Origin: Octopus sinensis | Lineage: Eukaryota | Direction of reading: 5' to 3' | DNA length: 64,000 bases | Assembly: GCF_006345805.1 (NCBI RefSeq) | Contig: NC_042998.1 | Location: forward strand, 97,464,001 to 97,528,000 | Part shown: piece after piece, positions 24,671-38,058 of the stretch | Layout: the number at the start of each line of letters is the position of its first letter | Position numbering within the stretch: position 1 is the first letter of the stretch | Position numbers and translations under genes: made by a program | Notes under the pieces: generated by a model | What the model was told of the DNA's origin: nothing | Database searches by the model: none | Seen by the model: the letters and a program-made list of their open reading frames with translations, nothing else

Positions 24671-24777
24671 ATAGATACATAGATGCACATTCTTACATAT
24701 ATGCATATGTGCATGTGTGCAATACATTACTATATGTATACATACATACAGATATATATATATTAGCCTCCCCTAGC

Positions 24778-24970
24778 ACCTATGCCGGTGGCACGTAAAA
24801 AGCACCCACTACACTCACTGAGTGGTTGGTGTTAGGAAGGGCATCCAGCTGTAGAAACACTGCCAGATCAGACTGGAGCCTGGTGCAGCCTCCTGGCTTC
24901 CCAGACCCCAGTCGAACCGTCCAACCCATGCTAGCATGGAAAACGGACGTTAAACGATGATGATGATGAT
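24778..24970 (+). mobile_element. RTE 3'-tail-derived short element
   Basis: Close match to 8580-8784, including GTTAGGAAGGGCATCCAG and the (GAT)n tail. Confidence 0.85.
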
Positions 24971-24991
24971 ATATATATATATTTATATATA

Positions 24992-25044
<53 letters not shown>

Positions 25045-26629
25045 ATATATGCACACACACACTCATGATGGGCTACTTTCAGTTTCTATCTACCAAATCC
25101 TCTCCCAAGGCTTAGCTCAACCCAGGGCTATAGTAGAAAACACTTTTCCAAAGTGTTGTGCTGTGGAATTGAGCCCCAAATCATATGATTGCGAAGCAAC
25201 CACACAGCAATACCTGTTTCAACTACTAGTAAATATGCCACTTATCTAGAAAAAGAAAAAAAAATATTTAAATAGTAACTTGGCAAAATTATTAACATGA
25301 GATAGAATGCCTTGCTGAATTTCTTCCAACTTTCTGTGTTATGATTTTGAAGTCCTGCTGAGGTCATCATTGTCTTTTGTCTTTTCAGGGATTGGTAAAC
25401 AAAATACAAATCTTGAATGTAGATTGGCAGAATTGATAGAACATCAGACAAGATGCTGTAACATATCTCTTGTAGCTATTTTGTGTTTGGAGGGTAACAC
25501 CTGCAAAGCCAGAAACTGATGCCAAGTTGTATCATCCTATGCCCTTCCCTTGGATAAACATCAGTAACATGGAGTGAGAATTCTTGCAGGCATAGGCAAC
25601 TGCCTGTCTTCCATAAAAGTATAACCGGTTTTTTCTTATGGAATCTCAGCATCTTGAAGAGGAACTTTTACCCTGCAGATCAAAAGTCCTGTGTGTAATA
25701 CAGAAGCCCAGAACTATTTACAAGTAGCAAAAAATTTTGGTAAAACTGCATATAAATTCTGTTGTGTCTGGGGAGAGTCATTTTCTTTTTGTGCCTTATA
25801 ATGTAACACACTCACTGGTAAAATTTCCACTTATTTCTTATTTTTATTTTCCTAAAATTTTCGTTGCATCTTGTAACCTTTTCAATAGTCTTGAAATTTT
25901 ACCGGTGAGGCACAAAAAGAAAATGACTCTCCCCAGACACAACAGAATATGCTTCAACACACAAACTCATATAAAGAATCTTGCAAACCAAATTCAAAAA
26001 TGAAATGCATATAAATTATAAAATTAGTATTGCATTTATGAAATATACTTTAGCTGATTATTCTTCCAGTATCTTTAGATATGGTTTCAACTTGTAGTGG
26101 TTTTTATGTATGCAAGATATTACACACTCACTCCCACATGCACATTGTCAAGTTGCTTAGCCATGTAAATAAGGTACAGAACTTTAAACTCATATTGAAC
26201 ACAGTTATGATAATAGATTTCTCACCTTTTTCTTAAAATGTTTTGTGAATCAGATGTATGAGTGAATAGAATTCCAGGCAGTCATGTGATGTGATACAAT
26301 CACAAGAGTTTACTGATTAGATATTAATTTTGAAAATTGACCAGTTACTGTCTTTTTAGCCTCTATACAGCACTGTTCAATTATAAGAGAACTAAAAAAA
26401 TCTAATCATTCAGAGATTTGAATAACCATCACAGAAGCTCATGCTTGCATCTCTTTTATACAAATCCTGGAGAAAACTCCATACACCAGATATGCATTCA
26501 TAGTTGTTTAAGCAACACTCATTAGTACTATAAAATTTCTATCACACATTACATCATAAGGCTTTTAGTGTACAATTATATTTTTCAATCCTCCTATCAG
26601 TATTGCATCTTGAGAACAAATTTTTAAAT

Positions 26630-27047
26630 ATTGGTTTCAATTTTTTACCCAAGGCTAGCAAATTTGGCGGAGAGAGTAAGTTGGTTACATCACCTCCAGT
26701 TTGCAACTGCTACTTATTTTATTGACCCCGAAGGGAGGAAAGGCAAAGTCGACTTCAGTGGAATTTGAACTCAGAACATAAAGACAAATAAAATGCCACT
26801 AAGCATTTTGCCAGCACACTAACAATTCTGCCAGCTTGTTAAATATTCATTTCTACTCTAGGCACAAAGTCCGAAGATTTTGGGGAGGGGGCCAGTCGAT
26901 TAGACCGACTCCAGTATGCAACTGGTACTTAATTTATCAACCCAAAAGGATGAAAGGTAAAGTTGACCTCAGTGGAATTTGAACTCAGACGAAATACTGC
27001 TAAGTGTTTCACCCAGCGGGCTAATGTTTCTGCCAGCTCACCGCCTT
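26630..27047 (-). mobile_element. Two tandem copies of tRNA-derived SINE family B (Meta-domain-like centre)
   Basis: Minus-strand head GGCGGTGAGCTGGCAGAAAC..., B-box GAGTTCAAATTCC, central GACTTTGCCTTTC(A)TCCTT..GGGGTC..TAAA..AGTACCAG. Confidence 0.75.
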
Positions 27048-27269
27048 TATTGAACTTTTTAAGATTTACATAATATTTAAATGTTAATATTTGTATAAAC
27101 ACAATTTTCTATCCTTAGAAAAATGAAACCATGAGGGGACCAAGACTCCGGGCAGTTTGCCATACTTGAAAAGACACACCAAGCTAAGTAAAAGTGGGGT
27201 TACCCTTGCATCCAGGCTTGTCCTTTACAACCCTCTCCAGCTGAGCATCCCTAATCTTGCGGGTTCATA

Positions 27270-27510
27270 AGTGCTGGTGCCGTGTAAAAAGTACTCATAC
27301 TGGTGCTGTATAAATGCACCCAGTACACTCTGTAAAGTGGCTGGCATTAGGAAGGGCATCCAGCTGTAGAAACCATGCCAAAACAGACAACTGGAGCCCT
27401 GAACAGCCCTTCAGCTGGTCAGCTTCTGTCAAATCGTTCAACCTGTGCCAGCATGGAAAACGGATGTTAAATGATGATGATGGTGGTGAGGATGATGATG
27501 ATGATGATGT
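27270..27510 (+). mobile_element. RTE 3'-tail-derived short element
   Basis: TTAGGAAGGGCATCCAGCTGTAGAAAC...GCATGGAAAACGGATGTTAAATGATGATG. Confidence 0.75.
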
Positions 27511-28929
27511 TATAAAGATTTACAAATGAACTTTCCTTCTGTTGTTTTCCTACGAAGTTGATTGATTGCTATTTTTAAGATTCTATGTGTGCCTACCCTC
27601 ATTTCATTGAAAACAATAACAGAGAGCCTTTTAAAAATTTATCACTAAAATTTTATACCAAACTTCAAAAGTTGATAACCTAAGCTTAATTAACTTAAAT
27701 TAATTTTAAACCATTACTAGAACACTGCATGATGTGTCTAAAAGAGTATGTCAAAATTCTCTCAGAGCTTATCAAAAAGAAATAGTTTAGCATATAGGTG
27801 AAAGGTTTCTTGAACATTAGTGCTAATAAAAAGAAAGGAAACCTTTATCTTTATTATACTGTAGAAGTGTATCAGTCAGCTATGTCTGAATGGAAATTAT
27901 AATTTGAAACTTGTCGGTTTGCATACGTGAGAACAGACTCAGTGTCAATAGGAAAAGCATGTGGAATGGAATAAGAATATACTACGTTGCAAAAATACTG
28001 TTAGCTACCCCAAGAAATAAATTGCGATGATAACATAGAGGTATACATCCAAGTAAATTTAGTAAATATAGGCTTAGTCACACTGATAAAGCGTCTAATA
28101 ACACATATGCTGAAAAGCATTAAAATTGCAAATATGTATATACACATACACAAATACACGTGTGTGTGTGTGTGTGTGTGTATTAGAAATCAATTATATA
28201 TTTATTTAAGAAAGATATTTCACAAAACTCCAAAATGCAATGTAATGTCCTGAATACCAGCCGAAATAAATCATCTGAACTCTTTCTAAGATCGAATAAA
28301 CATAGCAAGAAGATGAAAGAGATGAAATTAAGAGGAGAAACTATGATAAAGAAGCCATAAACTGACAATGCTGTATATCAATGCCTCCTTAAACATGACA
28401 TCCACAAAGTAGAGGGTGAGTAGATGGATAGACTATAGTAATTTTGTTGGGTGGATGTAGATGTAGTTTATCATCTATGTCCACCCCACAAAATAATCAT
28501 CTCTAAACCACCACAAAATACCTTTCAAACAATACAGACATCACTGTGATAATTACAATAAATATAGGAACTGAAACTAGATAAAAGAACAATAAATAAA
28601 ACCATCTATCACACACACACACACAAACATATCATACGTGTATAAATGCATTCTTCCTTAATCTGATAATGACCATCTTCACCTGCAATAAGGGACCTCA
28701 TGATGACACTATATTCCAATCCTTTTTGGCAACATTGGTTGCAGATAATACATGTAAATGCTTGATTGGAAAGTGGCAGGTGTAATTCTGCTTATAAACC
28801 ACTTTAGTTGTAAATCTTAACAGTACTAAGTATCTCAGTTCTGAGATAGCCTTAACTGAAAAGAGTGTAAAACTTCGATATCCAAACCGTGATTGGCCCT
28901 AAACAAACTGACTGTTACCTGGAAATCAA

Positions 28930-29312
28930 CCCTGTCAGACAACCTTAAGTGAAATTTTTTCAAGCAATGTTAACCTTCCTATGGCACCACTGCACTTCTT
29001 ATGTGTTCATAGCTGACACAGGGTACACCTAAAGGAATTTTTGCCTACACCTTTTCTACAGGTCAAACAAGGTCATCTCCCTGAAGGGATTAGTAATTGG
29101 GTTGTTTTCCTACTTACCAGGATTTTGGTCTTTACTAAATTAACTCTAAGGTCCTTTGATTCCAGACCTGAAATTTCTTTTATAGTTCTGGCAGTGATTC
29201 AGCTATAAGAACACGGTTGTCCATGTAAAGTGGTTCTCAAGGGCAACCAGTCTTAAATTCCTCTGTCATGGGCTGGGAGACTATGTTAAGCAAGAGGGCA
29301 CTGAGAACTCCT
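28930..29312 (-). pseudogene. Old degenerate RTE RT fragment
   Basis: Minus-strand VLSALLLNIVSQPMTEEFKTGCP*EPLYMD..LIAESLPEL*KKFQVW aligns to the 6909-8033 ORF. Confidence 0.75.
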
Positions 29313-29313
29313 A

Positions 29314-29344
<31 letters not shown>

Positions 29345-29519
29345 GTTTAACGTCTGTTTTCCATGCTAGCATGGGTTAGATGGTTCAGCCGGGGTCTGGG
29401 AAGCCAGGAGGCTGCACCAGGCTCCAGTCTGATCTGGCAGTGTTTCTACAGCTGGATGCCTTTCCTGACACCAACCACTCCATGAGTGTAGTGGGTGCTT
29501 TTTACATGCCACCGGCACG
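29314..29519 (-). mobile_element. RTE 3'-tail-derived short element
   Basis: Reverse complement of the 24778-24970 type. Confidence 0.85.
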
Positions 29520-29919
29520 AAATTTGTTGCTCTACTTATTACTGATTTTCATCTGACAGTATCCCTGTCCTATATATATATATATATATATGTATAGTCA
29601 CTATGAGGATATTTAGATCTCTTATAGGGATGTTTTCATCCAAGATACACTGATTTGATATATAGTATTTTGAAATATATTGTATTTCTTCAATGAATAT
29701 ATTATATAAAGTATCATAAAATATCAAATATTATTATTATTAAGTATGAAAATGGAAAGACCTTGTGGATACAAATTAATTTATTCACCTACAATTGTTT
29801 CATTTCACAACCATAATTAAAACTGCAAAACATATATAAATACATAATCTTGCATTTTAAAACACCTTGGCTGGTAAATCATCAGGATGCACACATTTAT
29901 ATGTGCACGAGCGCACATG

Positions 29920-29951
<32 letters not shown>

Positions 29952-30211
29952 CAGAGTGAGAGAGAGAGAGTATATATCAATACACACATATATCATCATC
30001 ATCATCATTTTAATGTTTACTTTTCCATACTTGCATGGAAAAGACAGAGTTCATGCATCAAGTCAGATTTTCTATGACTGGATGCCCTTACTATCACCAA
30101 CCCTCACCTGTTTCAAAGCGAGGTAATATTTCCTCATAGCTGGACAGGTTTTCACAGATGACTAGAAATGAATAACACCATTTGTATGACAGTAACGTCC
30201 ATTTTCAACTA

Positions 30212-30246
<35 letters not shown>

Positions 30247-30569
30247 ATACACACACACACACACACATTAATACATATATTTAAACACCCAGACACACAA
30301 TCACATAATGTGTTTTCTTTCCAAAGAAATTGCAAGCAATTTCATATACATAATTCATGATTTCAACAACCATCAACTTATATGTTATATATTAGCATAT
30401 TCACATATGTTAAATATTTGCATATTTTTCTTTTAGCCCTTTTCTTATAATTAAACCACTTTCTCAGGAGAGCTAAAAGTACATCACAGATTATATCATA
30501 TCTGTCTGTCTGTTCTTCTGTCTGTCCCCACTCTCTCTCTCTCTTGCTCTCTCTCTCGCACACACTGTT

Positions 30570-30665
30570 CATGTATGTATGTATGTATGTATGTGTGTAT
30601 GTATGTATGTATGTATGTATGTATGTATGTATGTGTGTGTGTATGTATGTATGTATGTATGTATG

Positions 30666-30711
<46 letters not shown>

Positions 30712-30736
30712 ACTATCTGTCTGTCAGTCTGTCTGT

Positions 30737-30771
<35 letters not shown>

Positions 30772-30795
30772 ACTATCTGTCTGTCAGTCTGTCTG

Positions 30796-30828
<33 letters not shown>

Positions 30829-30829
30829 G

Positions 30830-30922
<93 letters not shown>

Positions 30923-30925
30923 GTG
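30570..30925. repeat. Compound (GTAT)n/(ATCT)n microsatellite with an internal 60-bp duplication
   Basis: Seen directly; AACTATCTGTCTGTCAGTCTGTCTGT occurs at 30711 and 30771. Confidence 0.9.
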
Positions 30926-31214
30926 TGCAGGATTGAAGAAGCAGCAGAAAGAGCTTCTTGCTGGTTATAGAACAAGAAAGAGAAATTAAGCTGGAAGCCA
31001 GGAGGAGATGAAGAGCAGCGATTTGACCACTTCTGCTGACCCACCAAAGCGAAGGTATTATGGTTCAGGGTTGAAACACCCAATGATTTTTTGAAAATTT
31101 TCTGATGACATCAGTTTCTATGGGCCAAAGCTCTGTTCACTTTGGTGAGTGGAAAAGAAACATCTTCTTCTAGATATTATCAATAACACACACACACACA
31201 CACACGCACACACA

Positions 31215-31262
<48 letters not shown>

Positions 31263-31752
31263 CCTTTTAGTTTATGAAGTGTTATTTAATCCCATGATGT
31301 TTATGTCCATGGTGCTATACTTTGCTAAATTTCAGTTTTCTCTCAGTCTGTTTTTTATTTTTATTTTAAATTTTTTTGTTTAGTTTGTCTATATTTGCTT
31401 TAAATTTCTCTAATTCATACTGTATATTGGTAAATTAGTAGAATCATTATACCAATGAATAAAATTACTTGCAATATTTGTTCTAGATCAGTAGACTTTG
31501 AGATCAAATCCCATTGCAGTCAACTTTGCCTTTTAGTTTTCCAGGGTTAATAAAATAAAGTATCCCTCAAGTAAAGTACTGGAATTGATTTAATCAACTA
31601 AGCCCTTTCCCCAAATTTGCACTCAGGTGTTGTGATTATGTAAAAATAATTATTATTTCATATTGTTAAGACAGCAGACAGCAGAACCGGTGTCCCACTG
31701 GAAAGATTACCTTAATACTAACCCTTTATATATATGTATTATACCTGTAATT

Positions 31753-31936
31753 GTTTTACTTCTTTCAGTCATTTGACTGTTGCCATGCTGGAGCACCACC
31801 TTTAGTCAAGCAAATTGAACCCAGGACTCATTCTTTGTAAGCCTAGTACTTATTCTATCAGTCTCTTTTGCTGAACCGCTAAGTTACACACCATCATTGG
31901 TTGTCAAGTGATGTTGGGTGGGCAAACACAGACACA

Positions 31937-31990
<54 letters not shown>

Positions 31991-32164
31991 CATATACACA
32001 ACGGGTTTCTTTCAGTTTCCATCTACAAAGTCCTCTCACAAGGTTTTGGTCGGCCCAAGGCTATAGCAGAAGACACTTGCCGAAGGTGCCACACAGTAGG
32101 ACAGAACCCAGAACCATGTGGTTGGGAAGCAAGCTACTTACCACACAACCACTCCTGCACCTAT
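31753..32164 (-). mobile_element. tRNA-derived SINE family A, full length
   Basis: Colinear with 21458-21900. Confidence 0.8.
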
Positions 32165-32334
32165 ATATATATATATATATTCTAATCTATATTAAAATCC
32201 CACTATGTAGGAATGATTTTGCCTTTTTATGGTTCCAGTCAATTACTGGAATTGATTTTATATATTTCCTAGATTTTCAAGATAAATATTTGTTTATGGA
32301 TCTATGTTTATTCTTCCACTATATGTTCTTCTCC

Positions 32335-32555
32335 AGCAAAAAGCTGGCAGAACCATTAGCATGTTAGAGAAAATGTCAGCAGCACTTCTTCCAGCTCCTT
32401 GTGTTGTAAGTTCAAATTTGAATAAAGTCATCTTTACCTTTCATCCTTTTGGGGTTGATAAAATAAGTGCCAGTTGAGCATTGGGGTCAAAGTAATTGAC
32501 TAACACTCTCTTCCCCCAAATTGTTGGCCTTGTACCAATATCAGAAAGAATTATA
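32335..32555 (+). mobile_element. tRNA-derived SINE family B
   Basis: AGCTGGCAGAA..., CCTTTCATCCTTTTGGGGTTGATAAAATAAGT centre. Confidence 0.65.
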
Positions 32556-33076
32556 TTTTCTTCTATTAATGATTTTAATACAAAATACATTATCAGCTTA
32601 CAAGGTGCAAGCGTTCCCAAATTTGTGAAATTTGCTTTCCAATCACATGGTCTGAGGTTCACTCCAACTGCATGGCAGCTTGAAGAAGTATCTTTCTACT
32701 ACAGCCCAAGGCAGACCAAAGCCTTGTGAGAAGATTTGGTTGACAGAAACTTAACAGGGCCGATTATGTGCATGTGTGTGTTTTCATGCAAATGAGTTTG
32801 TATTTCCCTCTAATCCACATGTGTTCACTCACTAGTTGTAAATAATAGCATTGCTGGTGATGTCATTTGCTTGTAGTCCATGATGAGAGCATGTCTGGGC
32901 TAGTTGATATGTTTTCATATGTTGTGCAATTTTGTAAACAAGAGGCTAATTGATATGATATCATGTGTTTTCAGTTCTTTGCATAAAAATGTTCAACAGA
33001 CTAGGAGGTTATTAATTAACTTGGAAAACAGTTGGGGGTTGGTGACAGGAAAGGCATCCAACTATAGATTCTTTAG

Positions 33077-33297
33077 AATATACTTTTCTACTCTAGGCAC
33101 AAGGCCCAACATTTTTGGGCAGGGAGCCAGTCGATTAGGTCAACCCCAGTACGCAACTGGTACTTAATTTATCAATCCTGAATGGATGAAAGACAAAGTC
33201 GGCCTTGACAGAATTTGAACTCAGAATGCAAAGACAGATGAAATATCGTTAAGTATTTCACCCAGTGTACTAACGTTTCTGCCAGCTTGCTGCCTTG
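33077..33297 (-). mobile_element. tRNA-derived SINE family B
   Basis: Colinear with 26845-27047. Confidence 0.75.
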
Positions 33298-33425
33298 AAT
33301 ATATTCTTTAGAATATAAGTTTATTAACCTGTAGGGTGCCAGGAATGGCTGGGTATTTAGTGTCAAGCTTTCAGTAAGTTAAAGTAACTCATTTTTGTCA
33401 TTTGTCAGGATTATAGTATAAGTAT

Positions 33426-33478
<53 letters not shown>

Positions 33479-33570
33479 CATACACACACATCTATCTACA
33501 TATACATAAATATTAAATCTAATATAAACCATAGATCTAACCCTGGGTTAATTCCAGATGTGGTTTATGT

Positions 33571-33915
33571 ATAAAAGAACACAAGTGAAGTTCAAACCTC
33601 ACAACAGCTGTTTCAGCAGCATTTTATTGATTCATTTTTAGATTACATCATAGCAAAACCCCACCATCATTAGGTAAAATTTAAATACATAAACAGGTAA
33701 AGTAGAAACAGGTGACCTACTCACCAACTACAAGTCACTTGCTCTACCATGGGTGTTGGTGAACTGGTCATCTTCTGTATCTATCTTACCTGTTTATGTA
33801 TTTAAGATTTTCTGATGATGGTGGGCTTTTGCTATGATGTAATCTAAGAATGCTTCAATAAAATACTGCTGAAACAGCTGTTGTGAGTTTTGGACCCCAC
33901 TTGTGTTCTTCTTAT
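33571..33915. repeat. Fold-back element, ~160-bp imperfect arms, ~20-nt loop
   Basis: AGAACACAAGTG...CTCACAACAGCTGTTTCAGCAG...TTAGATTACATCATAGCAAAA...TTAAATACATAAACAGGTAA is mirrored at 33760-33915. Confidence 0.88.
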
Positions 33916-35023
33916 ACACATACACACACTCACACACACACATGCATATATATGCACATTATGCACATATTCACATGCATGCACACACACACTCATGTGC
34001 ACACCCCATGCATGCACACACACGTACACACAAACACACACACACACATATTTGTTGAAAAAGAAACAGGTAGCTATTATTGTCTGAATAGAATAATTAC
34101 TGTTAATAATACTTTTTAGCATAATTAGTGAAAAGTATAATTACTGAAAATTGTTTTAATTCAAGGACAAAAAATTTCTAAATGGATAACAATCTATAAG
34201 AAGCTAAAAACTTGCATAAGTGATAACTTATCTTTTATCATTTAGTTAAGAAAGGAAAGTCATTACACCAAAACAGTGAGATTTGGGGTAATGTTCATTC
34301 ATATCAGTAATAAAAAATAGAATGATTGTAATTAGTTATAACTGAACTTAAAGACAAAAGTTATTTGAGGCAGCACATATAATTAATTCTATATATAAAA
34401 ACATATTTCATCTTGCTGTAAATAACTTTTAAGGTCAAACTCTAAGCTAACATGTGCATTTTCTTTAACTTAGGGTTTGTATCTTAAAAATTACTTTACA
34501 GCAAGACTAAATATGTTTTCATATACAGAATTAATGAGCTTGAAGAATTGGCAGTTAGTATGTTGCATGAATGTTGGGTGGGGAAGGGAAAGTAAATAGG
34601 ACAGCTGTTCCTAAGATCAAGAACTGCTTGTTGTGTCTGGTGTAAGGTTTATGAAGACAAACTTCATAGTAAGATTCTGACAGTAAATGTAGACTATGTG
34701 AAAGGTGGCTTGCGGAAGGATTACAAGGATGCAGGGCAATAAGCAAACAGTAATAATTTCTGATGGAGACAAAGCCACTCTAGTAAGTTCTTGAACAAAT
34801 CTATAGCTGGAAGTAAGTTGAATATTAAAGAATAATATACAGATTTGGGTGGTCGGCTTAATTTGTTAATTGCTTTGACACCACTGCCTGGTCCATGGAT
34901 ACTTTTAGCAGAGTTTGCTCCATTACAAGCCTTCAGGCCAGTTCTTTTTTATCTGAGGATGACTTCTGCTCATCAATCACAGAGAACTTTAAGAGCAATA
35001 AAAATATGAAGTTATTCTTAAAT

Positions 35024-35415
35024 ATAGATGCAGGCATAGCTTTGTGGTTAAGTAACTTGTTTTACAACCTCGTAGTTTTGGATTCAGCTCCACTGCATGG
35101 TACCTTGGGTAAGTGTCTTCTCTTATCCACCAGGGCTGACCAATGCCTTTTGAGTGAATTTAGAAGACGGAGACTAAGTGGAATCTTATCACATGCCTAC
35201 ATCTGTGTGTGTGTGTGTGTGAGTGTGCTTATTTGTTCCTTCACCACCTGACAACCACTATCGATGTTCATGTCCCCATAACTTAGCAGTTTAGCAAAAG
35301 AGACCAATGAAATAATTTCAGACTTAAAAAAAATACTTGGGCTGATTTGTTTCCCTAAACACTTGGTGCCCCAGCATGGCCACAGTACAATGACCGAAAC
35401 AAAGAAAAAGAATAG
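35024..35415 (+). mobile_element. tRNA-derived SINE family A, full length
   Basis: Head GCAGGCATAGCTTTGTGGTTAAG, CCTTGGGTAAGTGTCTTC, 3' CCCCAGCATGGCCACAGT..AATGACCGAAAC. Confidence 0.75.
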
Positions 35416-35699
35416 ATGATAATATTCCTTAATGGAGTTTCTGGTTTTGCAGGATGCAATGTGACACTCTGAGCATGTTCTATCAAATTGGATATTTATC
35501 ATGTGTAAGTATATCCATGGAAATAAATGATCATTACAATATTAATTAATAAAGTAAGCCTGTCAAATGAATCAATCTTTGTACTTATGTTTTTTTTTAA
35601 GTGTAGCACTTATTCTGTCAGTTTCTTTTGCCAAACTGCTAAGTCATGGGATATGTTAATGTTGATGATGGGAAGTAGTGAAAGGAAACTATTGTCAGT

Positions 35700-36035
<336 letters not shown>

Positions 36036-37124
36036 CATTTTACGTCCGCTTATAACCAATGAAGAAGTTTCGGATTCCAACAATTTTAATAGAATATTCT
36101 TTCAGAGGATTGCAACCAATTTCAACTTACCATGATTATCTAAAGATATGAACCATTTGTGAATCATCACTGAAAATGAATTACCTTTAGATCTGAATTT
36201 TTTCAGAACTTAAATTATTGCTAGATAACAAAAGGCAGAATTTCCAGGTAGATTAATGATATTTTGGAAAAAGTGGAACTCCCAGGTAAATAGATGATTG
36301 ATAAGAAAAGGTAGAATTCCCAAGTAAATTGGTAGTAGATAAAAACAGGTAGAATTCCAAGATGATACCCTTTAATGATTATGTATATCTCCCTTGATTT
36401 CTTGGAGATGAGTTGAACAGCCGATGCCAACAGAATAACAATATCATCATCTCCACCACCATTCTCCACCTCTTCCTACCTCCTTTTCTCCTCCCTCTTC
36501 TCTCCCACTTTCTCCTCCTCATCATCATCATCTTCATCTTCATTTTTATGTCTGCTTTCCATTCTGGCATGGGTGGGACAATTAGATGGGATCCAATGAT
36601 TCATGGGATCACACTTGGTTCCAGTATCCTAATTTTAGCTTGGTTTCTACAGCTAAATGCCCATCCAAATGTCATCCACTTTATGGAATGTATTGGACAT
36701 ATTTTTCATGGCACCATCACTAGTGAGGTTGCCTAATAATTTGCAAGATTAAAGAATTCCCTTGCATGAGAAAGAGAGAGAGAGCAGAAGATAGATAGCA
36801 TTCTTGCTTTATGTGAAATACTGAGAAGTTAATGTATGAAGGAAGGATCAACAACTGGTTCGTTGTGGAGAGGATTCATGGGTGGTATGGGGAGATGGTG
36901 TGGTGCCACAAAGAGAGGTAAATGTGATGAGGTACCAGAACATACTCTCAATATGGCATTTCTGTTAAGAGCACAGTATTCTAGCTGAAGAGTTTGTGAA
37001 CCAGTAGAAAATAGATGCATTGTTTTTTCCCCTTGCCAATGCGAACAAGTCTACATTTAATATACTTGGACTAGTCTATGTGCAATTAATGGGCAGTTAC
37101 CAGGGGACTTATTAAAGTAAACAT

Positions 37125-37529
37125 ATCTTTCTTTTACCTTTTACTTGTTTCACTCATTGAACTGTGGCCATGCTGGGGCACCACCTTGAAAAGTTTTAGT
37201 CAGATGAATCAACTATAGTACTTATTTTTTTAAAGCCTGGTACTTATTTGATCAGTCTCTTTTGTTACACTACTAAGTCACAGGGAGGTAAACACACCAA
37301 CACCAGTTGTCATGTAGAGATGGGGGACAAACACAGCTATAAAGACATACACACACACACACACACACAGGTTTCTTTCGATTTCAGTCAACCAGATCCA
37401 CTCATAAGGCTTTGATCAGCCCATGGCTATAGTAGAAGACACTTTCCCAAGATGCCACATAAAGGGACTGAACCAGAATCATGTGGTTTGAAAGCAAACT
37501 TCTTACCACACAGCTGTGCCTGCATCTAT
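37125..37529 (-). mobile_element. tRNA-derived SINE family A, full length
   Basis: Colinear with 21458-21900. Confidence 0.78.
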
Positions 37530-38058
37530 AAGGAAATGATGCTTTTTTTCTTTTTTCTATAAAAGAAGTCAGACTCTTTCTACGAGTATTTTTCCAGTGA
37601 CCAAGTCTTCTTTTCAGTACTGTCTAGCAGAATTATTCTCCTAATACCAACTACAACCAAGATATCAAGGAGTGGAATCATATTTTTGTCTAGTTATTTA
37701 TTCAGTTTTGTCTATCTAATATCTGCAATGTTACAAAAATATCCATGAAGATGAATACAAGAGTGTATGTAAGCAGGAGAATCAGCAGGGATGGGTTAGG
37801 TAACCAGAGTGCGAGGGGAGAGTGAAAGATAGATAGAAGCATAGATAGATGGTCAAATATATGTTGAAGGTTAATGTAGTGAGAGGTGAATAAGTGTAGG
37901 GGTAAATGTTACATATAAATCCGACATATGGTTGCATGTTTCTGTGCTTTTTGAACAGATGTATTTTGAGGTGCGGGCATGGCTGTGTGAAGCTTTTTTT
38001 GCAATCACAAAGTTTCAGGTTCAGTCCCACAGCACAGTATCTTGGGTCTTGATCAAGT

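Noticed and set aside
28183-28590. Minus-strand hydrophobic peptides with a GPCR-like ERYFVVV motif after a good acceptor
   Set aside because: A stop follows immediately and all three frames are interrupted; no seven-TM layout can be assembled.
36222-36365. Repeat-plus-variable-linker pattern resembling a CRISPR array (also considered for 8156-8445)
   Set aside because: The repeats are degenerate or lack unique spacers, there are no cas genes, and the context is an animal genome.
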